From contig OY761556.1 of assembly GCA_963664705.1 (NCBI GenBank), positions 5,824,001 to 5,888,000 of the forward strand: DNA of 64,000 bases. The letters are read 5' to 3'. The position numbers and the translations under genes were made by a program. This DNA is from Acidobacteriota bacterium (GTDB lineage: Bacteria > Acidobacteriota > UBA6911). Below, piece by piece: positions 50,122-60,581 of this stretch. Each line of letters opens with the position of its first letter. Within the stretch, counting starts at the first letter, position 1. The notes beneath the pieces are model-generated. The model ran no database searches. It worked only from the letters and a program-made list of their open reading frames with translations, and had not been told where the DNA came from.

Positions 50122-51693
50122 TTAGCGTGAAACCTCAAAAGCACCGATATCACACCTACTGGATCGACTAAGCCCGCGCTGGTCGGTAGAGATAAGCACA
50201 CCATCATGATCTGTGCAGCCTGCGGGATTGCCGCCATTTATTGCGGGACTGGATGGCAGCAAGGCATGAGTGCAAGTATCACCACCATTTTGTCTAAGCG
50301 ATCCCAGTTTAGGGTTAACCTTTGATATGTCTCCTGGTCCGGCTAGGCCACAGCTTTCGTCAGAATCTAGATTATAGCCTCCTGAAACCAATGGAGCGTC
50401 ACAGTTTGCGCCAGAAGAACTGTCGCTTAGTATTGTGTTCTTAATTGTAATCACTGTGGATTTGTTGACATCCAAAGTCTTTCCGCGGGGCAAGAGGACG
50501 GGGCGATAGATTGCCCCACCTGAACCAATCGCTCGGCTCTTTCCTCGTATCATTCCGCCCGGTGAACCCCCCTGTGCCGCATTGCCGTAATACGTGCAGT
50601 TGCTTATCCATGCATCATTCACAAAATAGCTTGCCCCGCCCTGTCCATTACCACCATCTCCCGCACAATCAGCATAAACGGGAGCGTACATGTAATTTCC
50701 AGAGACACAAACACCCCCTGCGCCGCCTTTAGCCCGGTTCTGTGAAAAAGTGCTGTTGACTAAACTGACCGCAGCACTGGCGTACAGCGCTCCTCCAATC
50801 CCATCGCCTCCTTTTTGCAACTGGTCTCTTCCTGCTGCTCCTATAGCTGCGTTCTTATAGAAAGTGCAATTTGAAACAGCGCCTGCACCGGCTAAATACA
50901 GTGCGCCTCCCATCCCATTGCCCCCGGGGCCCCTTGGAATTCCATTTTGCACGGTATCACCGGGATTCCCTCCGATTGCCTGATTTTCTGCAAACGTGCT
51001 GTCCGTCAATACAATAGACCCACTGCTGAATATTGCCCCGCCGAACGCAGTGCCGCCAACTCCGGGTGCTACCGGCATTAAAGTGTGGTCGGGCCATGCG
51101 CCAAATCCGCCTGATCCTCCAATGGCGCGGTTAGTTGAAAATGTGCTGTTGATAATGGTTACAATGCCTTTATCGTTATATAGTCCGCCACCCTTAGCCG
51201 GACCGCCCGCTTGTCCGCTTACGCTTAGTTGTTGAGTGCCGCTTGCTCCCTGGGTTCCGATTGTATAGCCCTTCGTGACAATGAGGTTTCTCAATATAAA
51301 ATGAACTTCGGGGTTAACATAGAATACGCGTACGGCATCGTTGCCGCTGATCGTAATAGATTTGGTTCCCGGGCCACTGATAGCTATATTCTTGATAATG
51401 TTCAGGGTGCTGCTCAGAGTAATTGTGCCGACTAATCCGGGTGCGAAATCAATGACATCGTCGGAGACGGCTGCCCCAAGCGCTTCGCGCAATGAGCAGT
51501 CAGAATCGCATGCCCCGTCATTGGTATCAGCCAGCTTGGTTACAGTGTGTGGAGTTGGCGATGCCAGTGTTGAAAAAGACAATCGAAATAAGAACACGGC
51601 CAAGACAACCGCGCGTAAAAACTGTCGTTCGATTATTGACGCAATCGAACGACCCTGTTTATTGTCAAGGCGTCTGAGCATTTTGTCGATCAT
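50122..51693 (-). CDS. CSLREA / choice-of-anchor Q secreted Gly-rich protein
   Basis: DCSLREA, GGAI/GGGL repeats, NGG.T.THALLPSSPAI, DQRG..CDIGAFE; AGGAGG RBS. Confidence 0.85.
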   Translation of the reverse strand: MIDKMLRRLDNKQGRSIASIIERQFLRAVVLAVFLFRLSFSTLASPTPHTVTKLADTNDGACDSDCSLREALGAAVSDDVIDFAPGLVGTITLSSTLNIIKNIAISGPGTKSITISGNDAVRVFYVNPEVHFILRNLIVTKGYTIGTQGASGTQQLSVSGQAGGPAKGGGLYNDKGIVTIINSTFSTNRAIGGSGGFGAWPDHTLMPVAPGVGGTAFGGAIFSSGSIVLTDSTFAENQAIGGNPGDTVQNGIPRGPGGNGMGGALYLAGAGAVSNCTFYKNAAIGAAGRDQLQKGGDGIGGALYASAAVSLVNSTFSQNRAKGGAGGVCVSGNYMYAPVYADCAGDGGNGQGGASYFVNDAWISNCTYYGNAAQGGSPGGMIRGKSRAIGSGGAIYRPVLLPRGKTLDVNKSTVITIKNTILSDSSSGANCDAPLVSGGYNLDSDESCGLAGPGDISKVNPKLGSLRQNGGDTCTHALLPSSPAINGGNPAGCTDHDGVLISTDQRGLSRSSRCDIGAFEVSR

Positions 51694-52560
51694 GAGAAGT
51701 CCTCCTCGACATCGAACACCAGTGCCATGCAGTTGGAGCATTCTAGAAGTTGCTTGATTATAACGATATACAATCAAAAGGAGCAACGGTGATTAGGAGA
51801 GACTCCAGCATTTAGAAATCCACTGATTACTCGTGGCAACAACTCGAATTACAATGCTGTTATCCTTAGGATCGGCGGAAAATCTTCATAGGATAATTGT
51901 TCGCCTGCACAAAGGATGGTGGTCTGGCAGTTGAGCGGGAAGCTATAAATAGTCAGAGCAGGCATAATCAAAGATAATGCTCTCAATGTTCGAACTGAGT
52001 GGACTCTTTTCAGGGCCACAATCAAACTCCTAGCGGGATACAGATTCCTCGGTATGAGAGCGCGGTGAACATTCGTAAGTCCAATCGAGTCTAAGGCAAT
52101 CATGTATTGAAAAATTCAATACGGATCCTTTATGTCATAGGGAGAAAATGAGGGCTTTGATTGCGCTGCATCGGGAGAAAGAAGCTTTATCGCATTGCGT
52201 AATTGCTGAAAAGATAACATCAGATCTTATAAAACAATATAAGAAGAAGCTTGATAGCGGCCCAAACGAACTGACCAAGTCTCGTTTATGTCTGGTTAGC
52301 GCTGCTAGGATGTATTTGTTCCGAGTCTGTCCGCCAAAGTAGACAATATTTATCTGACTCTGATGTGATTTACATTTTGGCGTTATCTCCCAGATTTGGA
52401 CATCAGGACAATTGCGATTACTTTTCCCTGGTAATATGCTGACTTTTAAGTGGCTGAGGAGATTCTCTTGAAGGAAAAGCCTTTTCAAATGCTATTCTGC
52501 GGCTGAAGAGTCTCTTTAGAATCAGATGTCAATTGAAGCGAAACGAGAGTGGAAAAAAAC

Positions 52561-53211
52561 ATGCGACATTTATTAAGAACAGCAGTTGTTGTCGTTTTGA
52601 TTTATGCCATTTTCATTGGTAATGTTTTGGCCCAGGGGGTTCCAAGGCCTACGGCTAAAATTCCCCGAGGATTGATGATTTTAGTGCCCGAAAATTATGA
52701 ACTCCAATCGCCCAGCACTTTTGCTTCAGGCACTAATGGAAGTGTTAGCTTTATTGCCAGCAAGCATATTGCCGGCCGTCGTGATGTCTACACCAGCGAA
52801 TACCATTTTGACCTGAGCATGATGGACAAGCCGCAGGTATTGGTTCAATCGCAAGGCCCGATTTATCGGAATAAAGTGGAGCAGGATTCCCAAAATGCCT
52901 TTAACAACGGCAACCAGAAAACTGAAATTGTCAATCCGGCTGTCGGTTATGACAAGCCTCAACTGACGAAGTATCCTTGGGGGAACGGAGTTACCCAGCG
53001 AGTGGTTCACAAATATATGGGTGCCGGCAAAGGCCAGGATGAGATCGAGTTCAGTTGCAGTTACTTTGGATTGATTATTAGCGGCAATAATTTCAAATTG
53101 TTTAAATTATCTGTCTCGGGAGTGGATAGCCGCGAGATAGCCGATCAATGGGCGGATAAGGCTGCAACAAGCATTGCCAAGATAACGCCGGGAGATCTCA
53201 ACGCTAAATAG
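52561..53211 (+). CDS. Hypothetical secreted protein
   Basis: Signal peptide ending VLA-Q; 216 aa. Confidence 0.7.
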   Translation: MRHLLRTAVVVVLIYAIFIGNVLAQGVPRPTAKIPRGLMILVPENYELQSPSTFASGTNGSVSFIASKHIAGRRDVYTSEYHFDLSMMDKPQVLVQSQGPIYRNKVEQDSQNAFNNGNQKTEIVNPAVGYDKPQLTKYPWGNGVTQRVVHKYMGAGKGQDEIEFSCSYFGLIISGNNFKLFKLSVSGVDSREIADQWADKAATSIAKITPGDLNAK

Positions 53212-53493
53212 GAAGCGGTGGCTCCGGTTGTTTGGACAGCTTCCCAAAGGACTTCGTTATCTCCTGGAGTGTAGAGGGTTTCACACGAACAGATCCTGCG
53301 GTGCTGGGCTGCGACACCGGGCGAAGGAGATATCACTACAGACGGTGATGGTAGCGCTCCGCCAGCAGCTTTATGGTATCAATACTGGCCGCGTCGATTC
53401 ACTCTCATGGCTCATCAGAGTTGCACTGACCATACTCCCTTCCCCCAGCAATATCTCGCATTGAATGAGAAGCAGTCGAGACGGACGCCGTGG

Positions 53494-54930
53494 CTAATCA
53501 ATGACCCGTCGAGTTCTTTCTATCGACCAAAGAATAATCGCGAAGGCAAAAAGATAGAATCCAACGGCCGGGAGAATCAGATCGGAACCCCGCATGTGCC
53601 ATGGTGACTGCCCGGTCCACCTTTCCCAACGCAGGTAAAGGACCGTCAGGATGAGAGGGAATTGGATTAACATGATCGCGTAGAACAGCTGATTTGCCTT
53701 TTCCTGTTTCTGGAGAAGAACCTGTCTGCTAAGGAGGAAGGCAGTTAGTACAATTGCGAAAATGGAAGAAGCAGCCATTGAGTCATGCGCTTTCGCTGCA
53801 TATACGGAAAGGTAGGCAAATGGATTGCCGAAGGTTGAGCCCAATAGCCATGCATATACATTCCACTTGAATCCCTTCGAATTCGGATCACCAAATGGCC
53901 GTTTGGTATCAGCCTTCTCTTGAACTTGCCCTTGCTCATTTTGAATCTTCCGACGGAGGCGTTTTGTCAAAATAATGCCGGCCGCAAGTACCAAAAGGCC
54001 GCCGACGAATTGAATAAAAAAGATGCGTTCATCCTTGCCGAACCAATGATAGGCCGCCAATCCACTGACAACAATAAAGAGGAATGCCGCCTCTGTAAGT
54101 ATCCAAAGCTTTCTCTCGCGCAGTGAACGGGCGCTGTTTATGGTGCCTATCATGGAAAGGAATCCGGCAAGCGTTGCAAGAATCGGCGTCAGCATGCCGG
54201 CAAGGAAGCCCAACAAAGAACCGGACTTTGCCGCTGCGGAACCCTTCGCGGCTGCAACACCGATCGCCGACGTTCCCGTCGGTAAAGTCAGTATCGGCAA
54301 TCCGGCCAAAACAGCCAATGTAAATCGCTTTCCGGGAACAGACTGCCTGAGTGCAGTTTCAACAAAAGATTCTACCTCCATCTTCAGGAGTTTGCGCCCG
54401 CGTGATAGTCGCTGCTTCACCACCTCCTCCGATAGCTCTAGCGACCCCGCCACACTTTCGATGGATTTCCCTTCGCGATAAAACAATATGATCGGTTCGC
54501 GATAAATTTGCGGGATGTGCTCCAGGGAACGCCAAAGAATGGATTCTTCTTCGTTGCTGATGGCGTAGTCCTCGGGCAACGCTTCCGCCGAAGGAAGATA
54601 GGCCGCCTCATCGAGCGGTTCGGAGTGATATGCCGGTTCCTGCTTCCGGCTTCGCACGGCATCGGCGATAATATTGCGTGCGATGCTGCACAGCCAGGAC
54701 CGGAGTTTCTCCGGGTCCCGCAGCGTTTGCAATCCCTTCCACGCTGCAATGAATGTTTCCTGTGCAAGATCTTCACTTTGGCTCAAACTGCCGGTAGCGC
54801 TATAGGCCAACGAACATACCAGCGACTGATAGCGCGTAACAATTTGAGCAAAGGCATCCCGCTGGCCGGCTACGGCTTGAGCTGTCAGTTCGGAATCCGT
54901 GGAGTTTGAATCTTTCAAGATATTGACCAT
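53494..54930 (-). CDS. ECF sigma factor with fused multi-pass membrane C-terminus
   Basis: SEDLAQETF..WLCSIARN (region 2), VKQRLSRGR (region 4), then about 6-7 hydrophobic helices. Confidence 0.88.
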   Translation of the reverse strand: MVNILKDSNSTDSELTAQAVAGQRDAFAQIVTRYQSLVCSLAYSATGSLSQSEDLAQETFIAAWKGLQTLRDPEKLRSWLCSIARNIIADAVRSRKQEPAYHSEPLDEAAYLPSAEALPEDYAISNEEESILWRSLEHIPQIYREPIILFYREGKSIESVAGSLELSEEVVKQRLSRGRKLLKMEVESFVETALRQSVPGKRFTLAVLAGLPILTLPTGTSAIGVAAAKGSAAAKSGSLLGFLAGMLTPILATLAGFLSMIGTINSARSLRERKLWILTEAAFLFIVVSGLAAYHWFGKDERIFFIQFVGGLLVLAAGIILTKRLRRKIQNEQGQVQEKADTKRPFGDPNSKGFKWNVYAWLLGSTFGNPFAYLSVYAAKAHDSMAASSIFAIVLTAFLLSRQVLLQKQEKANQLFYAIMLIQFPLILTVLYLRWERWTGQSPWHMRGSDLILPAVGFYLFAFAIILWSIERTRRVID

Positions 54931-55016
54931 GGTAGAGTGCCTCTGGCTAAATGTCTATAAAGCAGTGAACCCGCCGGGTTATTGAGATTTCATCTACTCT
55001 TTCAGACAACGTATAG

Positions 55017-55042
55017 GTCGCAACCTCAAAAGAAAAGGTGAC
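55017..55042 (-). promoter_or_regulatory. Putative ECF-type autoregulatory promoter
   Basis: GTCACC-N16-CGAC about 90 bp upstream of the ECF start. Confidence 0.4.
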
Positions 55043-55293
55043 GGAAATTCTTTGGTGGATTCAATAATTGATGCAGGAGATTCGAACTTTCCTGCCCTTA
55101 TAAACCAGTATCGCAGCCCTTGTCGCAGGATTCGGTCAACGCCGCGAGGATCCGTAATTGCGGAGTATTCTGGTAGGAAAAAGGGGAATTGCCATTTTGG
55201 CGCAATGTCCCTGATTCGCAGGACCTATCTGGTCCATGATGGAATGCCGCCGTGTTTCCAGCACAAATCTGATGGCTCAAAGGAGACGCTATC

Positions 55294-55456
55294 GTGAAGA
55301 CATTGGCTCTGATGCTGGCGCTATTTTCATACTCCAGTCTTGCCCAAGAATCATCCCAATACCGTGCCTGCAATCAGAAGGCAAAGACTCCGGCAGAGAT
55401 GAGCATTTGTGCCAGCAGCGAAGGCTGATGCGCGTCTGAACGAAATCAAGGATTAG
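55294..55456 (+). pseudogene. LprI/DUF1311 lysozyme-inhibitor remnant
   Basis: AGGAG RBS, GTG start, MKTLALMLALF..ACNQKAKTPAEMSICASSE, then out-of-frame ADARLNE. Confidence 0.6.
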
Positions 55457-55525
55457 GCTGCAGGATTTGGGCTGCCGGTATCAGGGAATTTCTGGAAAAT
55501 CAAACTAATGAATGGCCTCACTAGA

Positions 55526-56536
55526 TCAGTTTTCGGTCGGCTTTTTCTCAATGTGATCGATGATGAGCTTCTCCACGGGCGCTTTTCGCGATTCCAGCTT
55601 CAAGCCCAGTTTCTCGACTGCTCGAAAGACTACCCCACTGGAGGGATCTGAGGCGGCCATCCCCGCATCCGTGGCGGGAGCAGGTGTGGGTGGTGCGCCA
55701 AAGGGGTTGGACATCGAGCCGAGTGCCGGATTCCGAGGCAGACTCCGCATGGTGTCCTTCATAAGTGCCTCAAATGGAACCTCCATTGTCACGTGGTAAA
55801 AACCCTTCAATCTGGTTTGATTAATGACTGGCCGATCCGGCACCATTCCCGCAAGCGTCTCTTCGGCGAAAGCATCCATGGTAACCCTGACTAAATCCAT
55901 CCGCATGCTGCCATTTGCGCCGTATTTGGTGCGCACGGTGCCCTCGGGCCCGCCAGTTCTAACTGACGTTCCATCAGGTTCCCGGCTGGTAGTGATCTGC
56001 TGTCCATCCCTTCTGTAGAGCGCCGTTTCGCTTGCGCTACCACTACTGTTCAATTCTGGGGACGTAGAAGGAGCCGCGGGCTCAACGGCCTTCTGCAACT
56101 TCGGGCCATTCTTGGCCACAACAAGCGCATATACCGGCTGGTCTCTTTTTTCTCTGTGAATTGCTATCTTGAACCTGTCCGCCAGAAGCGACTGAAGCAT
56201 CTGTGGAATCTGATCCTTCGTTGCACCATCAGGCATTTGTGCCTGAATTTCAAACCGCTCGGAATCCAGCCAATCAGGCCCGGCAATTTGAAGTGGAGTT
56301 TTGAGACGATATGCAGTTGCGACCCAATCAATTAGCCGCAGAGTGCCATCGACTCGATTGCCCACAATTTTCATCCCGGGTAGTCGCGGTGTTCCAGGCG
56401 GGATCTCCCTAACCGATGCAACCACAAAGGCTGGGTGGCGATCAGTTGTGGCTTGAGAGGCAATGGGCATCGCTGTAGCACCAATTGCCGGAAGGAGCGT
56501 AGCTAAGAAAATGCCATAGATAACAGATGTCTTCAT
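55526..56536 (-). CDS. TIGR03435/DUF3738 family acidobacterial protein
   Basis: FVVASVR, GPDWLDSERFEI, MLQSLLADRF, RPVINQT, KLGLKLESRKAPVE..IDHIEK.PTEN. Confidence 0.9.
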   Translation of the reverse strand: MKTSVIYGIFLATLLPAIGATAMPIASQATTDRHPAFVVASVREIPPGTPRLPGMKIVGNRVDGTLRLIDWVATAYRLKTPLQIAGPDWLDSERFEIQAQMPDGATKDQIPQMLQSLLADRFKIAIHREKRDQPVYALVVAKNGPKLQKAVEPAAPSTSPELNSSGSASETALYRRDGQQITTSREPDGTSVRTGGPEGTVRTKYGANGSMRMDLVRVTMDAFAEETLAGMVPDRPVINQTRLKGFYHVTMEVPFEALMKDTMRSLPRNPALGSMSNPFGAPPTPAPATDAGMAASDPSSGVVFRAVEKLGLKLESRKAPVEKLIIDHIEKKPTEN

Positions 56537-56803
56537 TGCACCCTCGTTTCTTGTCAGACGCAGCGATTTGCAAACCATTGGCTTAGATAAAGCAAAATCG
56601 TCGAGCTTTCATTATCATAGATGCAAGAAGCGATGGATTAGTCTATGCAATGTGCTAAAAACTAAAAATAATCGCTGAATGACATTATCTGGAAAGGGCA
56701 ATCCCACCCAGGATCCAAACCGCTTTTTATTGTAGGATCTAAGGAGCGCCAGTAATCGCAAGCTGGCACTGCTGCCCCGAGACGGCGAACGAAGTGGATT
56801 GAA

Positions 56804-57526
56804 CTATGAGGCTGCAGCTGCTTTTCGCTTGGCCGTATAGTTCACGACTACGCTGCCCAGAATTCCGGCGCCGAGAAGGAAGTAGAAATCGCGCACCCGC
56901 AGGGTGATGGCAAAAACCGTGGAAGCCGAAGCGAACCCCCACATCATGCATTCGGTGACGAAGCCCTGCAGCCAGCGTGGGGGCACATTCCCCTGCGGAA
57001 GACGGGGCGTCAATGCAGGCAACAGCCGTGGGACCAAGTTCACATACTGGCGGTAAGAATCGCCCTGCGTGCCCAGCAGCCCGGCTTCTTCCCGCTCTAT
57101 CAACCGCAGCAGGAACAGCGCGTTTCCGATAATCAGCACAACGGCACCGACCCGGCTTGCCATAAAAGCAAAGCCGATAGCGAGCAGAATATTCCCCAGG
57201 TACAGCGGATTGCGGCAGTAGCGGTATGGACCATCCGCGATCAGGCGGTTGGTCTGCATTCCTGGCTGGTGAACGACTATGCCACCAAGATAAGCTGAAG
57301 CCCAGCTCCGCAGCAACGCGTTGAGAATGGTCAATGCCGCGCCGATCGCAAACGCCCAGTGAAAGACCGTGTCCGAAGCCCACTGATTGCCGTGACGCTG
57401 TGCGATCCAGTGCAGCACGCTGGCAACACTGTTCCGGTCGTGGAAGGCATAGAGAAAGAAGCTGAAATTATAAATGACGGCAATCAACCACCAGCGATTG
57501 CGGAATTCAAACTCGGTTGCCTTCAT
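56804..57526 (-). CDS. Isoprenylcysteine carboxyl methyltransferase family membrane protein
   Basis: LIADGPYRYCRNPLYLG, REE, Y...VPRLLP. Confidence 0.85.
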   Translation of the reverse strand: MKATEFEFRNRWWLIAVIYNFSFFLYAFHDRNSVASVLHWIAQRHGNQWASDTVFHWAFAIGAALTILNALLRSWASAYLGGIVVHQPGMQTNRLIADGPYRYCRNPLYLGNILLAIGFAFMASRVGAVVLIIGNALFLLRLIEREEAGLLGTQGDSYRQYVNLVPRLLPALTPRLPQGNVPPRWLQGFVTECMMWGFASASTVFAITLRVRDFYFLLGAGILGSVVVNYTAKRKAAAAS

Positions 57527-57792
57527 CGCGAGTTTCCTTTGATTGCATAATGGGATTGAATATGGCGACTCCATACCGTGTTCCCATCATCGCAGATAGT
57601 CGCAACGCCCTCAAGTTCCAATTCTCACATCGGACTTCATCGCTTCGGCAAGCGCCATCTCCGCCTCGCCTGCCAACCCCTGGGGTGCGTCTCTGCTCAC
57701 GGGAGGCGGGGGGTAACTTCTCCGATGGCGATTTATGGAAAACCATGACAAGGAGCAGTTATAGTTAACAGCATTACCGGAGCTGCCATAGG

Positions 57793-58295
57793 ATGAATTC
57801 ATCTCGCATACTTCGCACAATTCTTGTCTTGCTAATTCTGATTTGCACGGCAGGGTGCGATCAGGTTACAAAGCATATTGCCCGATCCGAGCTTTGTAAA
57901 ACGGGTCCGGTCATGCTGCCTGGTCGATTCATCGAGTTCACACTTGCCGATAACCCAGGTGCCTTTCTTAGCCTGGGCGCCTCATTGCCCCAAATTGCTC
58001 GAGTTGTCCTTACAATCTTTTTAGGTGTTGGCCTTGCATTCTGTTCGTTTTTCTCATTCGAACGTCCGGACTGCAATGGATCTCCTTTTTAGGGCTGGCG
58101 TTTACATTTTCTGGAGGAATGAGCAATCTCTTTGACCGTCTGGTTCGCCATGGGTTCGTCACAGATTTTATGGTTGTGCAGGTCGGTCCATTTCACACGG
58201 GCATTTTTAACGCCGCAGACTTCAACATTCTGCTCGGTATGCTTATGTTCTTTATGTCCACGGTGCTGACTCGGCAAAAGTCGAAGGTTAACTAA
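57793..58295 (+). pseudogene. lspA: Signal peptidase II, frameshifted
   Basis: DQVTK and NPGAFLS are in frame 1. GGMSNLFDR, VTDF and GIFNAAD are in the shifted frame. One base is missing near 58041. Confidence 0.85.
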
Positions 58296-58413
58296 GGGTG
58301 TTATCCGGTTCCTTTTATATGCGATCGAAAGGACATTGGGCTAAAATCCTCTCTTTAGATCGGGCAAAAGCAACAATTCGTGGCTGCGCCCATAGTATCG
58401 CAAGGTAGCGAGA

Positions 58414-59052
58414 ATGCAAGGATCTGAGACCATATACCTTATTCGTCACGCTCAGAGCATGCCGCGCAAATCCGAATTGTTTTCACAATGGAATCTGAGC
58501 GCGCTAGGTATGCAGCAGGCTGCTGCATTGGCAGCGTTGCTCGCACCGTTGGGAATTACGCGCATTTACTCCAGTCCTTTTATTCGAAGCATGGAAACCG
58601 CTAAGCCACTGAGCCATAGGATTGGAGCGGATGTACAGATTGTCGATGGTCTTCGGGAGCGACAGCCGCTGATTGACAAGGGACTGCCGCTCGGTGCGGA
58701 ATGGTATCAGGCATGGTGCCGCGCATGGGAAGATTTCAATTTCGCTCCGCCCGGCTGCGAGTCATCGTTTGCGGCGCAGGAGAGAGTTGTTAAGGCTATT
58801 GAAGATATCGCGAGGAAGAATACAGACGTAACGGCTGTATTCACGCACGGACATGTCATGGCTCTATTCCTTAACGCAGTCACGAGGGGTATGTTTGATC
58901 GGAAAGACGCGGAGGCGCTGACCAATCCTGATGTGATGAGGATCGAGTGGAAAGATCCGGCGTTTATATGGGACCAGCATTTTCGGCTCCCAGGACTTGA
59001 GAAAATCACGACGCAGCACGAGGAGACGCCTCTAGAGAAAACCACATCCTGA
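58414..59052 (+). CDS. Histidine phosphatase family protein
   Basis: LIRHAQS, YSSPFIRSMETA, LRE, FTHG. Confidence 0.88.
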   Translation: MQGSETIYLIRHAQSMPRKSELFSQWNLSALGMQQAAALAALLAPLGITRIYSSPFIRSMETAKPLSHRIGADVQIVDGLRERQPLIDKGLPLGAEWYQAWCRAWEDFNFAPPGCESSFAAQERVVKAIEDIARKNTDVTAVFTHGHVMALFLNAVTRGMFDRKDAEALTNPDVMRIEWKDPAFIWDQHFRLPGLEKITTQHEETPLEKTTS

Positions 59053-59365
59053 ATAGTCCAGGCGATGACAGCAATAGGCGTTTTTTGTTTTGCCCCCCCC
59101 AAACGGATGTTGTCTCGACTGTTAGGAGAAACCAATCATGATGAACCGCGGCCCCGGAGTCGTGGTCCCTAAGCGGCAAGCCTGGAAATGTCATTGCATA
59201 GAATGCAAATATTGAAGGCGGCAATTTACATGTTCGCGTTATCTCCCCCAAGGCGACTTCGCACAAGCTTGCTAGTTCGAATCGTGCAGATGCCTCCACA
59301 GCATTACCATCATGTTGAGTTAGAAAGCTGAAAAAGGGGATGTTTTGCAGCTGAAACCTTGATAT

Positions 59366-59830
59366 ATGCTAGTACGTATTCAGGGCCATGAGTTCGTTTT
59401 CGGAGTGATTGTGTTCGACCCAAATGCTCGGCTCAATGCACAATTATTGGATAAATTTCAGCAACTGGTAGAACGATTGGAGTTCCCAGGGAAAAATGGG
59501 CTCCGGTTTATAACTACCATCGTGGCAATTATTGCAACCCTTGCCATATGGTTCATTCATCTCAATCGGCCATTATCGCTGGGCAGATATGGTGTCGATG
59601 TGTGGATTTTAGGCTTTATTGTAGCGTTCATTCCTCCCTTTCTGGCCTTTTTGTGCATCGGATTTTCCATATTCCCGCCCAAAAGAAAGGATCAGGATGT
59701 TATATTGCCGATATCATCTAGCATTGAAAATCCATCTGCTGATAGGCGCCAGAGAATAATGCTTATCGCAGGAGTTTTAGGCACTGTTAATTACCTATTG
59801 ATGCTGGCCACGAGCCACATCGGACTGTGA
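59366..59830 (+). CDS. Hypothetical membrane protein
   Basis: Three hydrophobic segments; start uncertain. Confidence 0.5.
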   Translation: MLVRIQGHEFVFGVIVFDPNARLNAQLLDKFQQLVERLEFPGKNGLRFITTIVAIIATLAIWFIHLNRPLSLGRYGVDVWILGFIVAFIPPFLAFLCIGFSIFPPKRKDQDVILPISSSIENPSADRRQRIMLIAGVLGTVNYLLMLATSHIGL

Positions 59831-60149
59831 TCGAAAGATCCATGGATTCGGTCCAGCCCTGCTGGCGCAGTCACGACATAGATAATCAAGACACCTCATG
59901 GCCAAAATGTCAGACATGAAAAGGCTTATTCAAATCAGAGATCGGTCGCAATGCCGTAAGGAACGGGAAACGGCAGATATCTGTCGGGAAGCTTCACAAC
60001 CGATGACCAGCACTGACGGGCAATTAACATTTTGGCGTTATCTCCCAGAACTTCAGGACAGCATCGTTCGTTTCATCGAATGCCAGAGCGGAAAGAGAAC
60101 ACTATTATGCTCGGTTTTCAGTTATCACTTAGAAAACATAGGGGAAGCA

Positions 60150-60479
60150 ATGTCTCTGTGGATTCGGCATAGGAACAAATCAGGCAGGCATTTGTGGTTG
60201 ATCGATACGCATCCGGTTTTGCTGTTATTTGTGATAGCTGCATTAATGATTGCCGCAGTAAGGTATGCGGAATTATTTGCGAAGACGACGCTGGTCATCA
60301 TGGGGAGCGGCCTAATATGTCTTACTGTCGCTAAAGTTTCGCTTTTTAGACGAGGGATTTGGATCTCGTAGAGGTCTCATTATATGACGAGAATGAATGC
60401 CGTGATCTATAAAACGGGATACGCATTGTTGGGCAGTGGCGCGGTCCTCCTATTGCTGGTGAGCTTCACGATAAAATAG
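60150..60479 (+). pseudogene. Small membrane protein with in-frame TAG
   Basis: GGGGA RBS and ATG 60150. After TAG 60369-60371 the frame continues for 35 codons with a further TM helix (YKTGYALLGSGAVLLLLV). Confidence 0.55.
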
Positions 60480-60581
60480 ATTGTGATAATCGCAAAAGGC
60501 GCGCTGTAGCAATTTGGCCGCAGAGCAACTTCCTCGAATCAGACTGCAGGACAATTGCATTCGGATTTCGGGGAAACTGGA

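Noticed and set aside
51849-52342. Short ORFs between weak site 51843 and site 52364
   Set aside because: No recognisable motifs; possibly decayed cargo but unassignable.
59898-60149. N-terminal part of the 157-aa ORF at 59898
   Set aside because: It runs through the 60019 site; a better RBS and ATG lie at 60150.
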